From assembly GCF_001194135.2 (NCBI RefSeq), contig NC_068993.1:36273407-36337406 (forward strand): DNA of 64,000 nucleotides, given 5' to 3'. Origin of the DNA: Octopus bimaculoides. Taxonomy: Eukaryota. The position numbers were made by a program, and so were the translations under genes. A model generated the notes under the pieces. It was given only the letters and a program-made list of their open reading frames with translations, was not told the DNA's origin and did not search any database. Shown here piece after piece: positions 38,085-53,000 of the stretch (its first letter is position 1; each line of letters opens with the position of its first letter).

Positions 38085-38530
38085 CAGCGAGGGAGCCTCC
38101 ACATAGTAGTTTGGTTTACTAAAAATAGCAGCCAGATTAATTCAAATCGGACTCTATAGTTTTAAAAAATAAACGGACATGTGATACAATGTAGATCTAT
38201 ACGTACGAAAAAACGGGATGATTACGGCCGGAACATCTTAGGTCATAGGTCAATTCGATCAGGACTAATTTCGGGCTAAACAACAACAACAGGGGCATAA
38301 ACAAATCACAGTGAGAGTACCTATATGCATTCAAATTCCCGCAAGAAATAACAGCCAAATGTCCCTTAAATTATACACTACCATCTTTAAAAAAAAAGGG
38401 AAAGACACAATGGGTGTTATCTGCGTAGCTGCGCTGTCCCTAGGAAAATAAGGGGATGTCCATGACTGCAACACATTTGATTATGGGGCTGCTCGATCAG
38501 GACTGACCTAGAGTTAAACAGTAACAACGA
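38085..38530 (+). mobile_element. Two tandem copies of an (AAC)n-tailed SINE-like repeat; fragments also at 19205-19330 (-), 26430-26580 and 44360-44525
   Basis: Shared aaatagcagcca..., ggctggaatgcc/cggaacatc..., gatcaggact..., ggctaaacaacaac motifs. Confidence 0.6.
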
Positions 38531-38844
38531 TAATGATGTCCATGGCCACAACGAATGATACAAAGCAGTTCTAATTACACTCCTTTCTTCGGAGTTGTTA
38601 TGGGTTACAAGCTATATCGTAGCTCGATTTAACACCCATACCTGGTCCTCGGGTATCTTTGGTCTCTAGTGTGGATGTATGCATGCATGTATGTATGTGT
38701 GTATGTATGTATGTATGTATGTACGTATGTATGTATGTATGTGTGTATGTATGTATGTATGTGTGTATGTATGTGCAGATTTGTATGTTTTATGTATGTA
38801 TTCTCATGCATATAGTTATATATCTAGATATACTCATAAATATT

Positions 38845-39965
38845 TAAATGATAAACTTCTAGAAAGTTTTACGGATTTTTGCAGTTCCAGTGGTGGATCA
38901 GATCTGTAGTCTTCGAATTAGCTTTCTCCTTTCTGGTTTTGAGAAGCCTAATTTCTCAAGATTGGTATTTAGGCAGTGTGTTACATATCCCAGGGCCCCA
39001 GTAATTACAGGTATAACCTGAATTTGTAATCTGGATAGAGTAACTGCAGATTTCTCAATAGTTCAGCATAGGTATTCTCTTTTTCACTGATCTTCAACTT
39101 TATGTTAACATCCGCTGGGCAGCTAATTTCCACAACTGTGCACAGTTACTCTTCTCCATCCCAAATCATCATATCAGGTCTGTTGTGCTTACATTTTATT
39201 AAGGTCTTCACTGGTACATTTCACCAGTATTCCTTTTTATTATGAGTGGCTATGGCTTCTACCATATTGTGGGTTCTTATTTCTTTGTCCTCGGGATTAT
39301 CCTTCCGACGGATTTCATTATAGAGTGCCCTAGCTACAACGTCCTGTCTCATCAGTAGATAATACCGTGATGACATTTTCAGACAACTGCTTATGATGTG
39401 GGTGATATCTTAAGTGTGAACTCCACAAAGTCTGCATCGGTTGTCACACTTTACGGCTTTACCTGCATCTCTATCTCTTTTGTGCATCAGATATTTGGTT
39501 TATATTTCCTGTTCCTGAATTGCAAACGCATATCCTTCAAAGTGTGAGGTAATAATCTGACTATTGGTCCATGATAAATTGCTTTGATGATCGATGTTAC
39601 TATCATCACTGAGTTTTCTACTAACATATCCATGCATAGTCTTCTGCTCATATAGGCTCATCCTTTCATCTGATGATATGTTGCAGTAGAGTCGTGCGAC
39701 TTCTTTGGGCATGTATTCGAGGTTATCAGACAAAGAGTGTTGCTCAAGGAGCTACCTTCCAAGTCTTATGATGTTATCAGCTTCATGTATGCAAACTTGG
39801 TCAAGGGATGCACTTCGACACTTGGTGGCTAAAAGATGTTGCTGAAGGGATATGATGCGACATTCAAAGGCATTTTGGATCGATGTTAAGCCTCTGCCGC
39901 CTTGTTTTCGTTTTAGGTAATGACGGTCTTCGACTCTTTCGTCGCTTCGATGAAAAACAGTTCAG
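38845..39965 (-). pseudogene. Dong/R4-clade non-LTR retrotransposon ORF remnant (post-RT region, CCHC finger, RLE endonuclease)
   Basis: LKRKQGGRGLTSIQ...CRLCGVHT*DITHIISSC...RPDMMIWD...VEISCPADVNI...FIPVITGALG; several in-frame stops. Confidence 0.9.
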
Positions 39966-42489
39966 CATGAGACAGCAATCAATCGTCATCCTATGACTGC
40001 CTGTATGTAGGGTCAAAGCTGTAGACTTCCAATAGCATCCTCTGCCTGACCCCGTTCACGTTATCCCTATCTCCACTAGGCTTATAACGAAAGTGTGATT
40101 GTGTTGGTGCTGGTGTCTTGGTTTGCAGAACAACCGGCGCGATAAACATTATTACAGCAGGCATGGTTTGTACAGAGCCAGTCATCATCATTCAAACTTA
40201 CATTAGTCTGGTGCAACAACTGCCACAAGCCCTGTAGTCAAGCAGGATTTGAATAGAGTTACCTCCTCTTGGATGAGCAGGTAAGGTGCTGAAGGACCGC
40301 GTCTGTCCCGAATACGTTGCGGTGTCTTTGAGCGACTTCCTTCCGGAAGCAATTCTGTGACATTAACCCAAAGCTGGGACCGAGGTAGATGCTATTAGTC
40401 CGGGTCAAAGGAAACCTGGGAGCAATAGTGACTAAGAAGTGGCTCCACACTTTTCAAAATCCAAGAATTTCCAACCCAGGACTTCACTACAGGATACAGT
40501 GTAAAGGCATACGCATGACATGTATGTATGTATGTATGAATGTAGCTATGTATGTATATATGTATCTATGTGTGTGTGTGTGTGTGTGTGGTGGGCTGCA
40601 TGTATATATACATGTATGTATGAGTATAATATATATGTATCCATATATATATATATATATATACATATACATGTGTGTGTATGTACGTATGTATGTATAT
40701 ATGTATGTAGGTATGTATGTATGTATCGACGCAAAACGTGACTTTAATATTGATTTATAGAAGAATGTTCCTTTCCTCGACGGAAGCCAAAACTCATAAA
40801 TCTGATATTAATCTTATGCAAATAAGATTACAATTAAAAGATTAACGTTAATGTATTTTAGTACCAAATCCATAAATATTTAGATATAGGTTTTATTTAT
40901 TACTGGACATTTAACAAAGAGTAGTTTGAATCCACTACCGAGAACCAGCACGAAGTTTAAATAAAATCGATGCAAGAAATGCTGAAAGTACGTTGGTTTT
41001 TAGACAATTCAGACACTATTCTATGTTCAGCTATTTTCACAACGATTCTGTCATTCTGACTGTATTGATTATCTGTTCCTTCTTTAGATTAATCTATTTC
41101 CTCTATCTTCCATCATTTGTAGCTATTTTAAACACACTCATTAATTTTTAAAACTGGATTTCAATTACTGTCGTGAGGTAAGGTGCGTCGTATCTAAAGC
41201 TATCTCCTCTCAATTCATAGTTTTTTTTTTGTTTGTTTGTTTTTTGCATTTTTGTTATAAAATGGTGAATGGATATATCATTTAGCTATTCTTTAACTGA
41301 TTATTTTTGTGCGTATTTATTAATTTATTTATAACATTTTGCATTCTTCGATATTTCATAATTTAATGAGTACAAGACAATGGTAGTTTCGAGACTAACA
41401 GCAAACAACTAAGGACACGAGAACTTCTTTCTAGTTATCGATTCTTTTGAATCTGTGTCAGGACAGAAACTCTATTTAAATGCTTAAGACAGTTCCGTAT
41501 TGGAACTGAACCAAAATGATGTGGTATACTTTCTTAGTAGCTCTCTTTCTACTTCTGTTTTATCTGACCCAACTTTCAAACTCCCACGCAGATCAGTCGT
41601 ACAATATTCACACGGACGCTCTACAAATCATAAAAGTTCACACATACATTATTCACAAAATTTCAAATATGCAGATATATTTACTCTCATTGCTGTTCAA
41701 GGTGGACGTCAAAACAGAATATTTCTCTTATTTTTATTGTTTAACGCCTACGTTTTTGTTATTATACTTGTTTTTAATGTTACGAGGGAAGAAAACTGCT
41801 GCATTGCTTAAACTAGCTTTTTCTCTCTGACAATATCCTGCCACCCATTTAAACTGAATCAACCAATCAATGTTGAACAGATATTTCTCAAATTTGAAGG
41901 CAGAATATTCTCCACTAAACACACCAAACGCCTACACTCTGCAGCCATTTTCACCATAACTCATCTTTAACCAGCGATAACCATTTTAAATCTACTGCAC
42001 CTTATTCACTCTGTTGGTAACAACACAATTAAAACTGCCTCACACACACACACATACATGTATGCATGTATATTTTCTATATCTAACCCAAGCAGTTTAT
42101 TTGTTTATTTGCATCATTATCTCCATATATGTTCACCTGGATTCCTCTTATAGCCACTCTTTACCCCTCGGTAAAGATTTCGGAGTTTAAGTTCAAATCG
42201 TTTGAGCGTTACTAAATATTTTCTATATTGAGCATCTCTCGATCTCATCTGTTGACTCTACATACATATATATACATACACACACCATACTGCTCGCTTG
42301 AAAATGGTTAACACATGTCACTCACAATGATTTCTTCAATTTCTAAGCATTAAAAAAATATAGCTGTTCTAATTTCCGCCATGAGACTTCAGTTGCAAGA
42401 GGAGCTGATGGGGAAGAAAATACTTTATTTTCAGTAATATTTTTAAAACGAACTAAATGACCTGTTGTTTACGAATGCAACGGAGTTAA

Positions 42490-42650
42490 TAATCATTTCT
42501 AATCTAGGTATAAGGCCAGCAATGTTTTTAAGAGGAGAGTTTAGTCGATTACATTGACCCGCGGTACGTGATTGGCACTTTATTTTATCGAACCCGAAGG
42601 GACGAAAGGCAAATTTGATCTCTGCGGAATATGAACTCAAGACGTAAGGA
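42490..42650 (-). mobile_element. Meta-domain-like SINE, truncated
   Basis: tttattttatcgaacccgaagggacgaaaggcaaat is the reverse Meta-like core. Confidence 0.8.
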
Positions 42651-42727
42651 GTCATCATCATCATCATCATCAATCTCTGAACATTTCTATCTCGAGTCCT
42701 TCAACTCGTAGAACCGGTTACCCAATT

Positions 42728-42784
<57 letters not shown>

Positions 42785-43749
42785 NNNNNNNNNNNNNNNN
42801 NNNNNNNNNNNNNNNNNNNNNNNNNNNNNNNNNNNNNNNNNNNNNNNNNNNNNNNNNNNNNNNNNNNNNNNNNNNNNNNNNNNNNNNNNNNNNNNNNNNN
42901 NNNNNNNNNNNNNNNNNNNNNNNNNNNNNNNNNNNNNNNNNNNNNNNNNNNNNNNNNNNNNNNNNNNNNNNNNNNNNNNNNNNNNNNNNNNNNNNNNNNN
43001 NNNNNNNNNNNNNNNNNNNNNNNNNNNNNNNNNNNNNNNNNNNNNNNNNNNNNNNNNNNNNNNNNNNNNNNNNNNNNNNNNNNNNNNNNNNNNNNNNNNN
43101 NNNNNNNNNNNNNNNNNNNNNNNNNNNNNNNNNNNNNNNNNNNNNNNNNNNNNNNNNNNNNNNNNNNNNNNNNNNNNNNNNNNNNNNNNNNNNNNNNNNN
43201 NNNNNNNNNNNNNNNNNNNNNNNNNNNNNNNNNNNNNNNNNNNNNNNNNNNNNNNNNNNNNNNNNNNNNNNNNNNNNNNNNNNNNNNNNNNNNNNNNNNN
43301 NNNNNNNNNNNNNNNNNNNNNNNNNNNNNNNNNNNNNNNNNNNNNNNNNNNNNNNNNNNNNNNNNNNNNNNNNNNNNNNNNNNNNNNNNNNNNNNNNNNN
43401 NNNNNNNNNNNNNNNNNNNNNNNNNNNNNNNNNNNNNNNNNNNNNNNNNNNNNNNNNNNNNNNNNNNNNNNNNNNNNNNNNNNNNNNNNNNNNNNNNNNN
43501 NNNNNNNNNNNNNNNNNNNNNNNNNNNNNNNNNNNNNNNNNNNNNNNNNNNNNNNNNNNNNNNNNNNNNNNNNNNNNNNNNNNNNNNNNNNNNNNNNNNN
43601 NNNNNNNNNNNNNNNNNNNNNNNNAATGCAACCTTCGTATTTGGCGTTGAAGTGTTGTCAATGGCCAATCTCGCCGCCAATACGTTGGACGCGATGCCAG
43701 TTCTAAGTGCCTCTTCTAATTTCTTAACAAAGTCACCGATAGATAGATA

Positions 43750-43849
<100 letters not shown>

Positions 43850-44064
43850 GGATGTTATGTACGACATTATCGTCAATAATGTCTACGATATCATAGGCCG
43901 GTAGTTCCTAAATTTATTTCGACGAGAAACCTTCCACGATTTTCCAAAAATAATCTAGGTCATACCTATAGTTTAAGGACAATACTCGCCAGCCTAATTC
44001 AATTAACATTTGAAATTACACTGCCTCGTTTTAGAGGGATAATTTATTCATATTAGAGATAATG

Positions 44065-44285
44065 CAAATTATAATCTTTTGTACTATAGGCACAAGGCCT
44101 GAAATGTTGCGAGTAAGTCGATTATATCGACCCCAGTGCTCACCTGGTACTTATTTTATCGACCTCTGAAGGATGAAAGGAAAAGTCGACCCCAGCGGCA
44201 TTTGAACTCAGAATGTAAAGATGGATGAAATACCGCAAGGCATTTTACCTGGCGGGCTAACGATTGTGCCAGCTTTCTGCCCTAT
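44065..44285 (-). mobile_element. Meta-domain-like SINE
   Basis: ctggtacttattttatcgacctctgaaggatgaaagg...ctaacgattgtgccagct. Confidence 0.85.
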
Positions 44286-44696
44286 ATCCCGATGTTAATA
44301 ATGAAATAATGCACCATACATACATTCCACCATCTCTGTGAGACAATGAACTAGTCTCTACGTAGCCGTTTGACCTGCTAGAAATATCAACTGTCCTACT
44401 GTCTTAAAAACAAAAGCCTGAGAGATATATTGACTATATAGTCTAAGATAAACTGGTTCAAAAGAAGAGATGGCTACAGCTACTATGATTTACTTGATCA
44501 AGGATGATTTGGAGCTAAATAATGTCAACAATAAACATGGATAAAAGCTCAGTTATCTTAACTTTTTACCTCACTATATTACATATACGAGACACTATAG
44601 TATGTGTATTAAGTAAACAGACATTTTCCTCTACTTCATTCTTGATATTTATAAACAGTGTCATCTCTTTCTCTCTCTCTCTTTTTCTCTCTCTCT

Positions 44697-44747
<51 letters not shown>

Positions 44748-45189
44748 GCTTACATACACACATACACACACTTGACTGGTACTTTATTTAATCGTCCCCA
44801 GATAGAAACGGCAAATTTAACCTCGGCGAGATATGAATTCAAACCTAAAGAGCCGTATGGTATTTTGTCCTACGCTCTAACGATTCTACCACCACATATC
44901 TAAGAATAGTTATGCAAGTAGAATATGCTTTACTGGCGAAATTTAACAAGATGAAAATATGTCCGTTTCTTTCACCGTTTGACATAAAATACAATACCCA
45001 CTCCTAATTCATTGTCTTTATTTTTCAAAAATTTCGATCAGCTGATTTTACTGGAGTTGTTCCCGTTGCTCCACTTGCTTGCTATTGTCTAAACAGAATT
45101 ATCCATCTGGTTTCGTGTTTATAGATTCTGAAAAAAAAAAACAAGAGGGAGCTTTTAGTCTTCTAACTACTAAGATAACCTTAGTTAAT

Positions 45190-46781
45190 CGAAGCTGTAC
45201 GGTAAGTTTACGGATGGCGGTGACGACGATCCAGATAACCCTGAACCAGGACCATCTACGGCATCTCCCATCAAACCAACCGAATTTATCGCTAGCAACG
45301 GCTGGTTTGATAAATTTCAAAGGAAGTTCAACCTTAACAGTGTGTCCCTGCATGGAGAAGCTACCTCTTCTGAAGAGTACGTGAACGAGACGTTCAAGAC
45401 CATCGTCGAGGGAGGGGGATATTCGCGTGAATAAATTTTCAATATGGATGAGACTTGCCTCTTTTTGGAAACGGATGCCATCGCGGACTTTCAATATGAA
45501 GGAGGAGGCCAGAACCCATGGATTTAAGGCGTACAAAGATCGCGTCTCAATTATAATGTGTAGAAATGCTGCAGACGTTATGGTAATTTATAAGTCCAAA
45601 ACTTATTTATAATTCCAAAAACCCAAGAGCCCTCAAAAACAAAAATAAGAACTTGCTGCTAGTGCATTGGATGCACAACCAGAAGGCATAGAAAACGAAA
45701 CCACTGACATCGGATTGGTTTTACCAATGCTTCATACCCCGAAGTCAAGGTTTGTCTCGCCGAAAAAGGACTGGAATTCAAAGTGCGTCTCCAAATGGAC
45801 AATGCTGGAAGTCACGCGCTCGATGTCGTATGAGGGTGTACAAATCGAATTCTTACCGCCGAACACCATATCACTTATCCAGCCCATGGATCAAGGCGTT
45901 ATTCGTGTATTTAAGGCGCTCTAAACGCGAAACTCCCTGCAACACCTGGTCGAGGCTATGGACTCGAATGATAACTTCTCGCTGAAGGAGTACTGGATTG
46001 GGTACATCATTGCAACGTGTCTCCAAGATATTCAGAAGGCCATAAAGGAGATAAAGAATAAAAATTTGAATGCCAGCTGGAAGAAATTGTGGCCAGAAGC
46101 GGTCCACGACTATAAAGAATTCTCTCCCGACGAAATCCACCACTCCGCAGTAGATAAGGCAATGAAGTAGGCGAAATTGCTAGGAGGAGATGGCTTCACC
46201 GATATGACTACTGAGGACGCCAATAACCTGATCGAGGCTCACTCAGATCCATTAACGGATGAAGATCTGACAGAGATTACGAAGTCAGCAAGTGAGGAAG
46301 AAGAACAAAAACAAATAGATCTAGGGGAAGAAGAAGAAATCGGCCTATCACTAGAACGCCTATGAACTCTAGCAAAAACGGCAAAAGAAGTTCAAGGAAG
46401 GGCGGAAGATTGGGATCCCCAGATGATTCGTGCGTTGCAGTTCAGAAATGCATTCGACGGAGTCATGGAAGTTTACAAAAACCTCCGTACACAGATGAAA
46501 AGGCAGAGCCAGCAACTGCCCATCACTATGTTCCTCACTCACAAAATAAGAGAAGACACGTGTACTCCTAAGAGTGTGGGGAGAGTTTATAAAATACAAT
46601 ACAATACAAATTATAAAATACAAATTATAAAAATAATTTTTTAAAATATACAGTACAGTACTGTTTCTACTTCGTAGATTTTCACTTATCACGGGNNNNN
46701 NNNNNNNNNNNNNNNNNNNNNNNNNNNNNNNNNNNNNNNNNNGGTTGGAATGTAACACTCGCAATAGTCGAGGGATTGCTG
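45190..46781 (+). mobile_element. pogo/Tigger DNA transposon, 5'-truncated, inactivated transposase with right TIR
   Basis: FIASNGWFDKF (CENP-B HTH end), FNMDET, MDNAGSH, FLPPNTISLIQPMDQG (about DD30D after fixing a frameshift); end gagggattgctg|TA. Confidence 0.92.
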
Positions 46782-47611
46782 TAATCTTAATTAACAGTAA
46801 TTATTTTGAGGTGGAGTTAGTTAATGAACGAGTAACAATATCTGATAATAAACATAAACTCCATATTGTATGTCATGGCCTAGATAAATAAATTGGAAAG
46901 ATTGTAAACAATACTAGACAAAAGACCTAAATAAAATAAAATGAATAGGAAGGCAATGTAAAAAAAAAACACTGGATGTTGTAAACAAAGAAATCCTTGA
47001 TGATAAAAGTCAAGTGATCTGAATAAGTATAAGCGTGTGAACTCCTTGATTTAATCTCAACAAGTGGTTTGGAACCAACCAATGCAGCGTAAAAACAAGA
47101 AAAATAAACACTTCAACTATTAGATAAAGGTGTGATGGTATAGCATTATTAAATTCAATTACTTCATTGCTATTGTTGAGTGTATATAATAGAATGGTAA
47201 ACATTGATTCAGTATTAATTCATCAAACTCTTCTGGAGACTCTGTCTGAGTACTAGTCGATTTGTACGACGCTGAATCAAGGTAGATTCCAACATGTTTT
47301 TCAATCTGAAAATATTGAGATTCTCATAGACATTTGCGGGATCAAAATTCGTTGATGGAAGTCGACAGTTGCGGCTCGACTATTTTACCATTTCAAGTTA
47401 CTGTTCCTACGCAAGTCAGGTGAAATAGGGAAAATAGCAAAATTTCCCCTTTTTTACGATTAAACTGCTTACATTTTTTACACTAAGGTTGGAATTTGTG
47501 ATCCAACCTGGCACTTGCCATTATTGTCACTCAGACAACCCAACCAACGTTACCACAAGTTGTCAAGCCAATTATGTTGTTACGGATGTGTTTAACACCA
47601 GATTTAATTAA

Positions 47612-47813
47612 CCTTTGAAATTTGCGAGTAAGCTCCAGCGGGATTTCGTTTGACTAAGACGCAAAGTGGGTGGCCTCATGGTTTTGAGTTTGAAGCTGAA
47701 AATAAAGATATTTCTTTCAATTAGCGAGCTGTAAACACAAAATCATGTGGCCACCTGCTTTTGTGTCTTAGTCAAATTTGAACCCGCTAAAACGTACTTG
47801 TGAGTTCAAAGGG
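47612..47813. mobile_element. piggyBac-like MITE with long imperfect TIRs
   Basis: TTAA|cctttgaa...ttcaaaggg|tt; arms of about 80 bp are imperfect reverse complements. Confidence 0.65.
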
Positions 47814-48284
47814 TTGGCAAACGAACGTCCATAAAAGCGGTTCGATCGCTGCAATTGACTAAAGAAAACAACTACAAGAAACCCTCAAACACGCTGACTT
47901 TAAAAAGAATTACATCGAACAACAGGTTGGTTTCCTAGAGAAAAGCTACAATAAATTACTCGGAATATAATAAAAACAACCTGGCGATTTCTTACACTGC
48001 CAACCATTAAGTCAAATCACGTCTCTATGCGTGTCCTACTGTGTCGTCCTCCACGCTCTTAATGAATTCTGGATCATTTGAAGATAAAAGTGTCAAATTT
48101 TAATAAACTAATTTAGTTGTTTCTTAATTAAACCACATACAGTCCTATGGTTGAATAAATTAAACTTGCAGAAAAAGATTTTTAATAAAGTTCTTGGTGC
48201 GCTTTATAGAACAAAGTTATTTTAAAACATTTATTCATAATTTTATTCAGAAAACCGATAAAGCGTATATTTCTCCCCCACCCC

Positions 48285-48360
48285 TTTGCCGCCCCCACTG
48301 GAATATCCCATACCTCAGACCCAGAGGTGAGGGCACCCCAAGTTGAGAATTTGTGGTCTA
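48285..48360 (-). mobile_element. hAT/Charlie-like MITE end
   Basis: Reverse complement tagaccacaaattctcaacttggg resembles the TAGACCAGTGGTTCTCAAC terminus. Confidence 0.4.
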
Positions 48361-49674
48361 CCTTGGTTTCACTCACACAACTTGAGTTACTCAACCCTAT
48401 AGGCTAGGATAAAAGCAATACACATGCTTAAGGTGCTACACAGTAGGATCGAACGCACCTATAGGGAAAAGCATAAATATCATACCTTCCCATATTTTTA
48501 ACAAGCGCAAATAAAGCGACCCGTCCATAATTTCTAATAATTAATAAACAAACAGCTGAACATGACGATTTATCTAATCAGCTATGAATAAAATAATAAG
48601 AAAAAGCATTAACAACAATTATATAAAGTTTATCAGTTGCGAGATATGATGATGGCTAATTCAGAATGTGCGATGCTAGGATTAAAGCTAATTATCATTT
48701 CTTCAGCAATTACCAAGGAAACCTGAACCATTAAGCTCCATCCAAAAGTATTTCTTCCGTACAAAACAAACCGATCATCCGGCTTAGAATCGTGTAAATT
48801 CTCAAGAGATATCTAAATATATTATTTATGCCTGGAAACACAAACCGATTGATGGCAGCAATATTTCCGTTGTATTGGGCTTTAGAAAACATAATGTTGA
48901 TGCCAGGGGCAAGGCTTTGCGGATGTACGTATGTGTGTATGCGTGTATACATATATGTGTATATACATATATATGTATGTTCAAATTTTGTAATAGAAGC
49001 AGCTCCGTAATATAAATATTATCAATGACAGTTATTTAATGTATATGTGTTGTTAAAATGCATTAGGGCTGCGGCATTTCGTAGAGTGTTTGAAAAGCAC
49101 AATATACATCAAAATCAGACGAACCGAATTACCCCGGAAGTGAAAGAAAACGACAAATATCGATATTTCGCAGTTACTTCTGACTCAGAGAGCCGTATAT
49201 TCGATTCCCATTCGAAATAAATTCGAATCGCTGACCTGAAGTATATACAAATAAGTTAAAAATTATCTGCTGATATACAAAAGGGCCGGACGAGCTACCT
49301 CTAACACAAAATTTGAATTTTGTTCTACTCTGATTTTCTTTTATCTTAAAGTCGATAACTGTAAATTTATAATTCCTCTACTTGTTCTGTACTATTATTA
49401 AATCCGCTTTGTACATCTTATAAATGGCTCCATTCGTTGGTAACTCCACTTGCTGGGAATCAGACGCTTACTCAACAAGTCATTATATCGCTGTTTAAAT
49501 ATAAGCCGATGAACATGAGAATTTCATAATGTATTTTATTATGCTTGCATCAAAATAAAGATTCTTAGCGAAACAATAGTCACAACATTTAAAATCCATT
49601 CGTTTGTATTCTGTAAACGAACTTAAAGGATATTATATTATATTTAAATGATTTTATATATATATATATATATA

Positions 49675-49865
49675 TATAGGAGAATTCACGAAAAAACAAC
49701 AGACGAAGACAGGTGGTGTAAACAACAAATGGATGTATTAATATAACGCTCGGGAATAGAGAAAGTCTTTCACGTTTCGAGCCTACGCTCTTCAACAGAA
49801 AGGAACACAGAAAGAAACGAGGAGAGAAACAAGGAGAGAAAAAAAATATGTGTAGTGGTCAGCGT
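49675..49865 (-). mobile_element. Penelope-type mini element with variant-core hammerhead (49767-49802)
   Basis: Minus strand cttt-CTGTTGA-a-gagc gtag gctc-GAAACGTG-aaag (G at the cleavage position). Confidence 0.7.
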
Positions 49866-49920
49866 GCACATATGTGTGTGTGTATATATATATATATATA
49901 TACACATATGTGTGTGTGTA

Positions 49921-49958
<38 letters not shown>

Positions 49959-49964
<6 letters not shown>

Positions 49965-50030
49965 CGTCGTCGACTTACAATCTAATCGACTTACGACCGA
50001 TCGACTTTACGACGATTGGCGCGCCACCTC
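49959..50030 (+). mobile_element. Tigger/pogo-like terminal fragment
   Basis: caggtcgtcgtcgacttac...cgacttacgacc resembles the CAGGTAGTCCTCGACTTACGAC TIR type. Confidence 0.45.
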
Positions 50031-53000
50031 CCGGCAGCAATAATAAATAGTCCAGTTGAAATCTAATGGGTTTAATTTCTTAGAAATTAACCCGTCTACA
50101 GATGATGTCAGCTAACANNNNNNNNNNCTTAGAAATTAACCCGTCTACAGATGATGTCAGCTAACAAACGCTTCCCCTAGGTTTGGTTATCGATCGCCAC
50201 TGTGTTGGATGACTATCTGTCGCGGAGACATTGATGCAACCTCGTATTTGTTTATAAGACGACTGCTTGAGACTCCGAAAGTTTTGACTAACGCCAGTAT
50301 AATAAATAGTATAATACAGAATTCTGTGTGTGACTTTTATCTGAGAATGTTCCTTAAGAATGTAAAAATATAAAGTTGACAGTGAGTCTGAACCCGAAAC
50401 CATGTGTCTACAAAGCGAGCTTTTTAACCACACGACCATGCCGGCGACTATGTCTGTTCATCATAAAACGGATTTCTTTTTCTTTAGTGGAATATTTTCC
50501 CTCTATGTCGGTACTACTTATTATTATGATTCCTCACTGGTAGGTTTTGGTGATGACTATTCGAACATTGTCTGTTGTACCCTTATTGTGGCTACTGACT
50601 GGAATTAATTACCATTATTATGTCTAGTATTTCCGTTCTTTGTTTATCAAATCCCACCCACACCCAAAGGCCCCCCAAGCGCCCCCATACTAATTGTTCC
50701 TATGAGTGGTATAAATTGTATTTTTGCCAGCTGTTGGTTCAAATGATGGTATTTATCAAATTTTAATCAACGTTACTTTCTTTTGAAGGAAATAAAAAAG
50801 AATTTGGACACCATAATTCTTTTGTATCTTAATTCGCGGTGACTTTCAATTAAGGTTCGTGAAATGTTTTTTGGTAAAATCTTCAATTCAGAAGTTCCGG
50901 CTCCTATTCATTTATATCACTGAGTTGTTTGCATTGACCATCGTTTGTCTTTTGTTTGTTTGTTGAAATAGTTTTTTGTTGTTGTTTATTGTATTTTTGT
51001 TGTTTAACCAACTAAACCTCTATGGCGAAAAGTTTATATTGCATTGTATGTAATTAGGATATACATATATCTGTATGTGCGTATGCGTATGTACGCACGT
51101 ATACAAATATGTTTTTATGCCAAGTTACAAATAAAAGCAATTTAACATTAAAGTGAAGGGTGACTCGATATTTTGCAGTGAAGTACATGTTTATTAAACT
51201 TTCACTAGAAAAAGGTTAAGTGTCTGTCAAACAGTCGGTCGAAAGCAAGTAGAAACTCGAAATCGCTATCAAACGTGTAGAAGTTTAGTATCTATCTATC
51301 TATCTATACACACTCATATACATAGTCATATATATATATATATATANNNNNNNNNNNNNNNNNNNNNNNNNNNNNNNNNNNNNNNNNNNNNNNNNNNNNN
51401 NNNNNNNNNNNNNNNNNNNNNNNNNNNNNNNNNNNNNNNNNNNNNNNNNNNNNNNNNNNNNNNNNNNNNNNNNNNNNNNNNNNNNNNNNNNNNNNNNNNN
51501 NNNNNNNNNNNNNNNNNNNNNNNNNNNNNNNNNNNNNNNNNNNNNNNNNNNNNNNNNNNNNNNNNNNNNNNNNNNNNNNNNNNNNNNNNNNNNNNNNNNN
51601 NNNNNNNNNNNNNNNNNNNNNNNNNNNNNNNNNNNNNNNNNNNNNNNNNNNNNNNNNNNNNNNNNNNNNNNNNNNNNNNNNNNNNNNNNNNNNNNNNNNN
51701 NNNNNNNNNNNNNNNNNNNNNNNNNNNNNNNNNNNNNNNNNNNNNNNNNNNNNNNNNNNNNNNNNNNNNNNNNNNNNNNNNNNNNNNNNNNNNNNNNNNN
51801 NNNNNNNNNNNNNNNNNNNNNNNNNNNNNNNNNNNNNNNNNNNTATATATATGGCTACACTAATTAACTTAACTATCTATATCCCTTTGAAGAAGTCCGT
51901 GTTTTGTATTCAGCCATTCACAGCCTTTTGGCATTTGGCATTTTGCCTAGCTAGTTAATCATCAAGATTAATACACGTGCGTAGGCGCGAAGGTTACAGA
52001 TGTGTAGGTGACATGTAGGTGTGTATGAATATATGTAACTGTGATACACTTAAGGCTGTTCATTGAAGGCGTGCAGGGCAGCGACGGACGTCATACACCG
52101 ATTTAGACAATTATCTTTGTAAAGTTATTAGTGCTTGGAAGGAATAAAATTTATAGATTAGTTGTAACTGTGTGTACAGCTGTTACGGAGCATCTTAGGA
52201 ATTTTGTAAACAAATTTATTGAAATCAAGGAAATGACAATAAGAAAATATATAAAACAAATATCTTGCGTTTTATTTTGAATTAATTAGTCACAACATAT
52301 AGATAATAATGTATGGTTTGTCACTCTTATGTATAAGGGAAAAGCAATGCTGGATTTAGATGACGAGAGACCGTGGTCTTAACTTAGCCTTAACTTAAGG
52401 GGCTACCCCCAGTCTTTACTCCCATAACTAGAATTATATATACACCTTGGTCAGAGCCCCTAGGTTTCGAGACCGTATATGTAGATTGGTAAGAGGAAGA
52501 AAGGAAGCGATCCCTAATCCGAAAACTTGACCTAAAAGCTTGTAACATAGTGAAAGTCGTCGAAGGTGGACAGTATTTTATATTACACCCACACATAGGT
52601 GATAACTTTTAGTTTCTGGAAAATGTGTTTAAATTTTCTTTCTTTTTAAACAAAGAAGAAGCGTGGCTAAGTGGCTAGTGTTCGGCACATGGTCATAAAG
52701 TTGTGGGTTCGGTTCTTTGGACAAGCGGCGCTTCATTCTACGTTACTCCAGTCTGTTCTGCTGAAAATTGAATAGTAAGTTGACTGTTGGTACAACTCTC
52801 GCTCTCTCTCTAGCTGTCACTTCTTTCGTGTTTCCCTGGTTCGAGGGCGGTGAGCACTAAGAGGTTATCAATATCTGCTCACAGCTACATAAACTACCAA
52901 AAACAGGTAGCGAAAGTGTGGTACAAGCCACCAGGTCATACCTGGTTGCGAGTGACCGCAAACATTTCAACGAAGGACTTCTAAAACCAAAATCAACTTG

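Noticed and set aside
50078-50167. Exact 39-nt direct repeat
   Set aside because: The copies flank a 10-N gap, so this is an unmerged contig overlap (assembly artefact).
51990-52200. Possible solo LTR (TG start, aataaa)
   Set aside because: No clear terminal CA with TSD, no second copy and no PBS/PPT.
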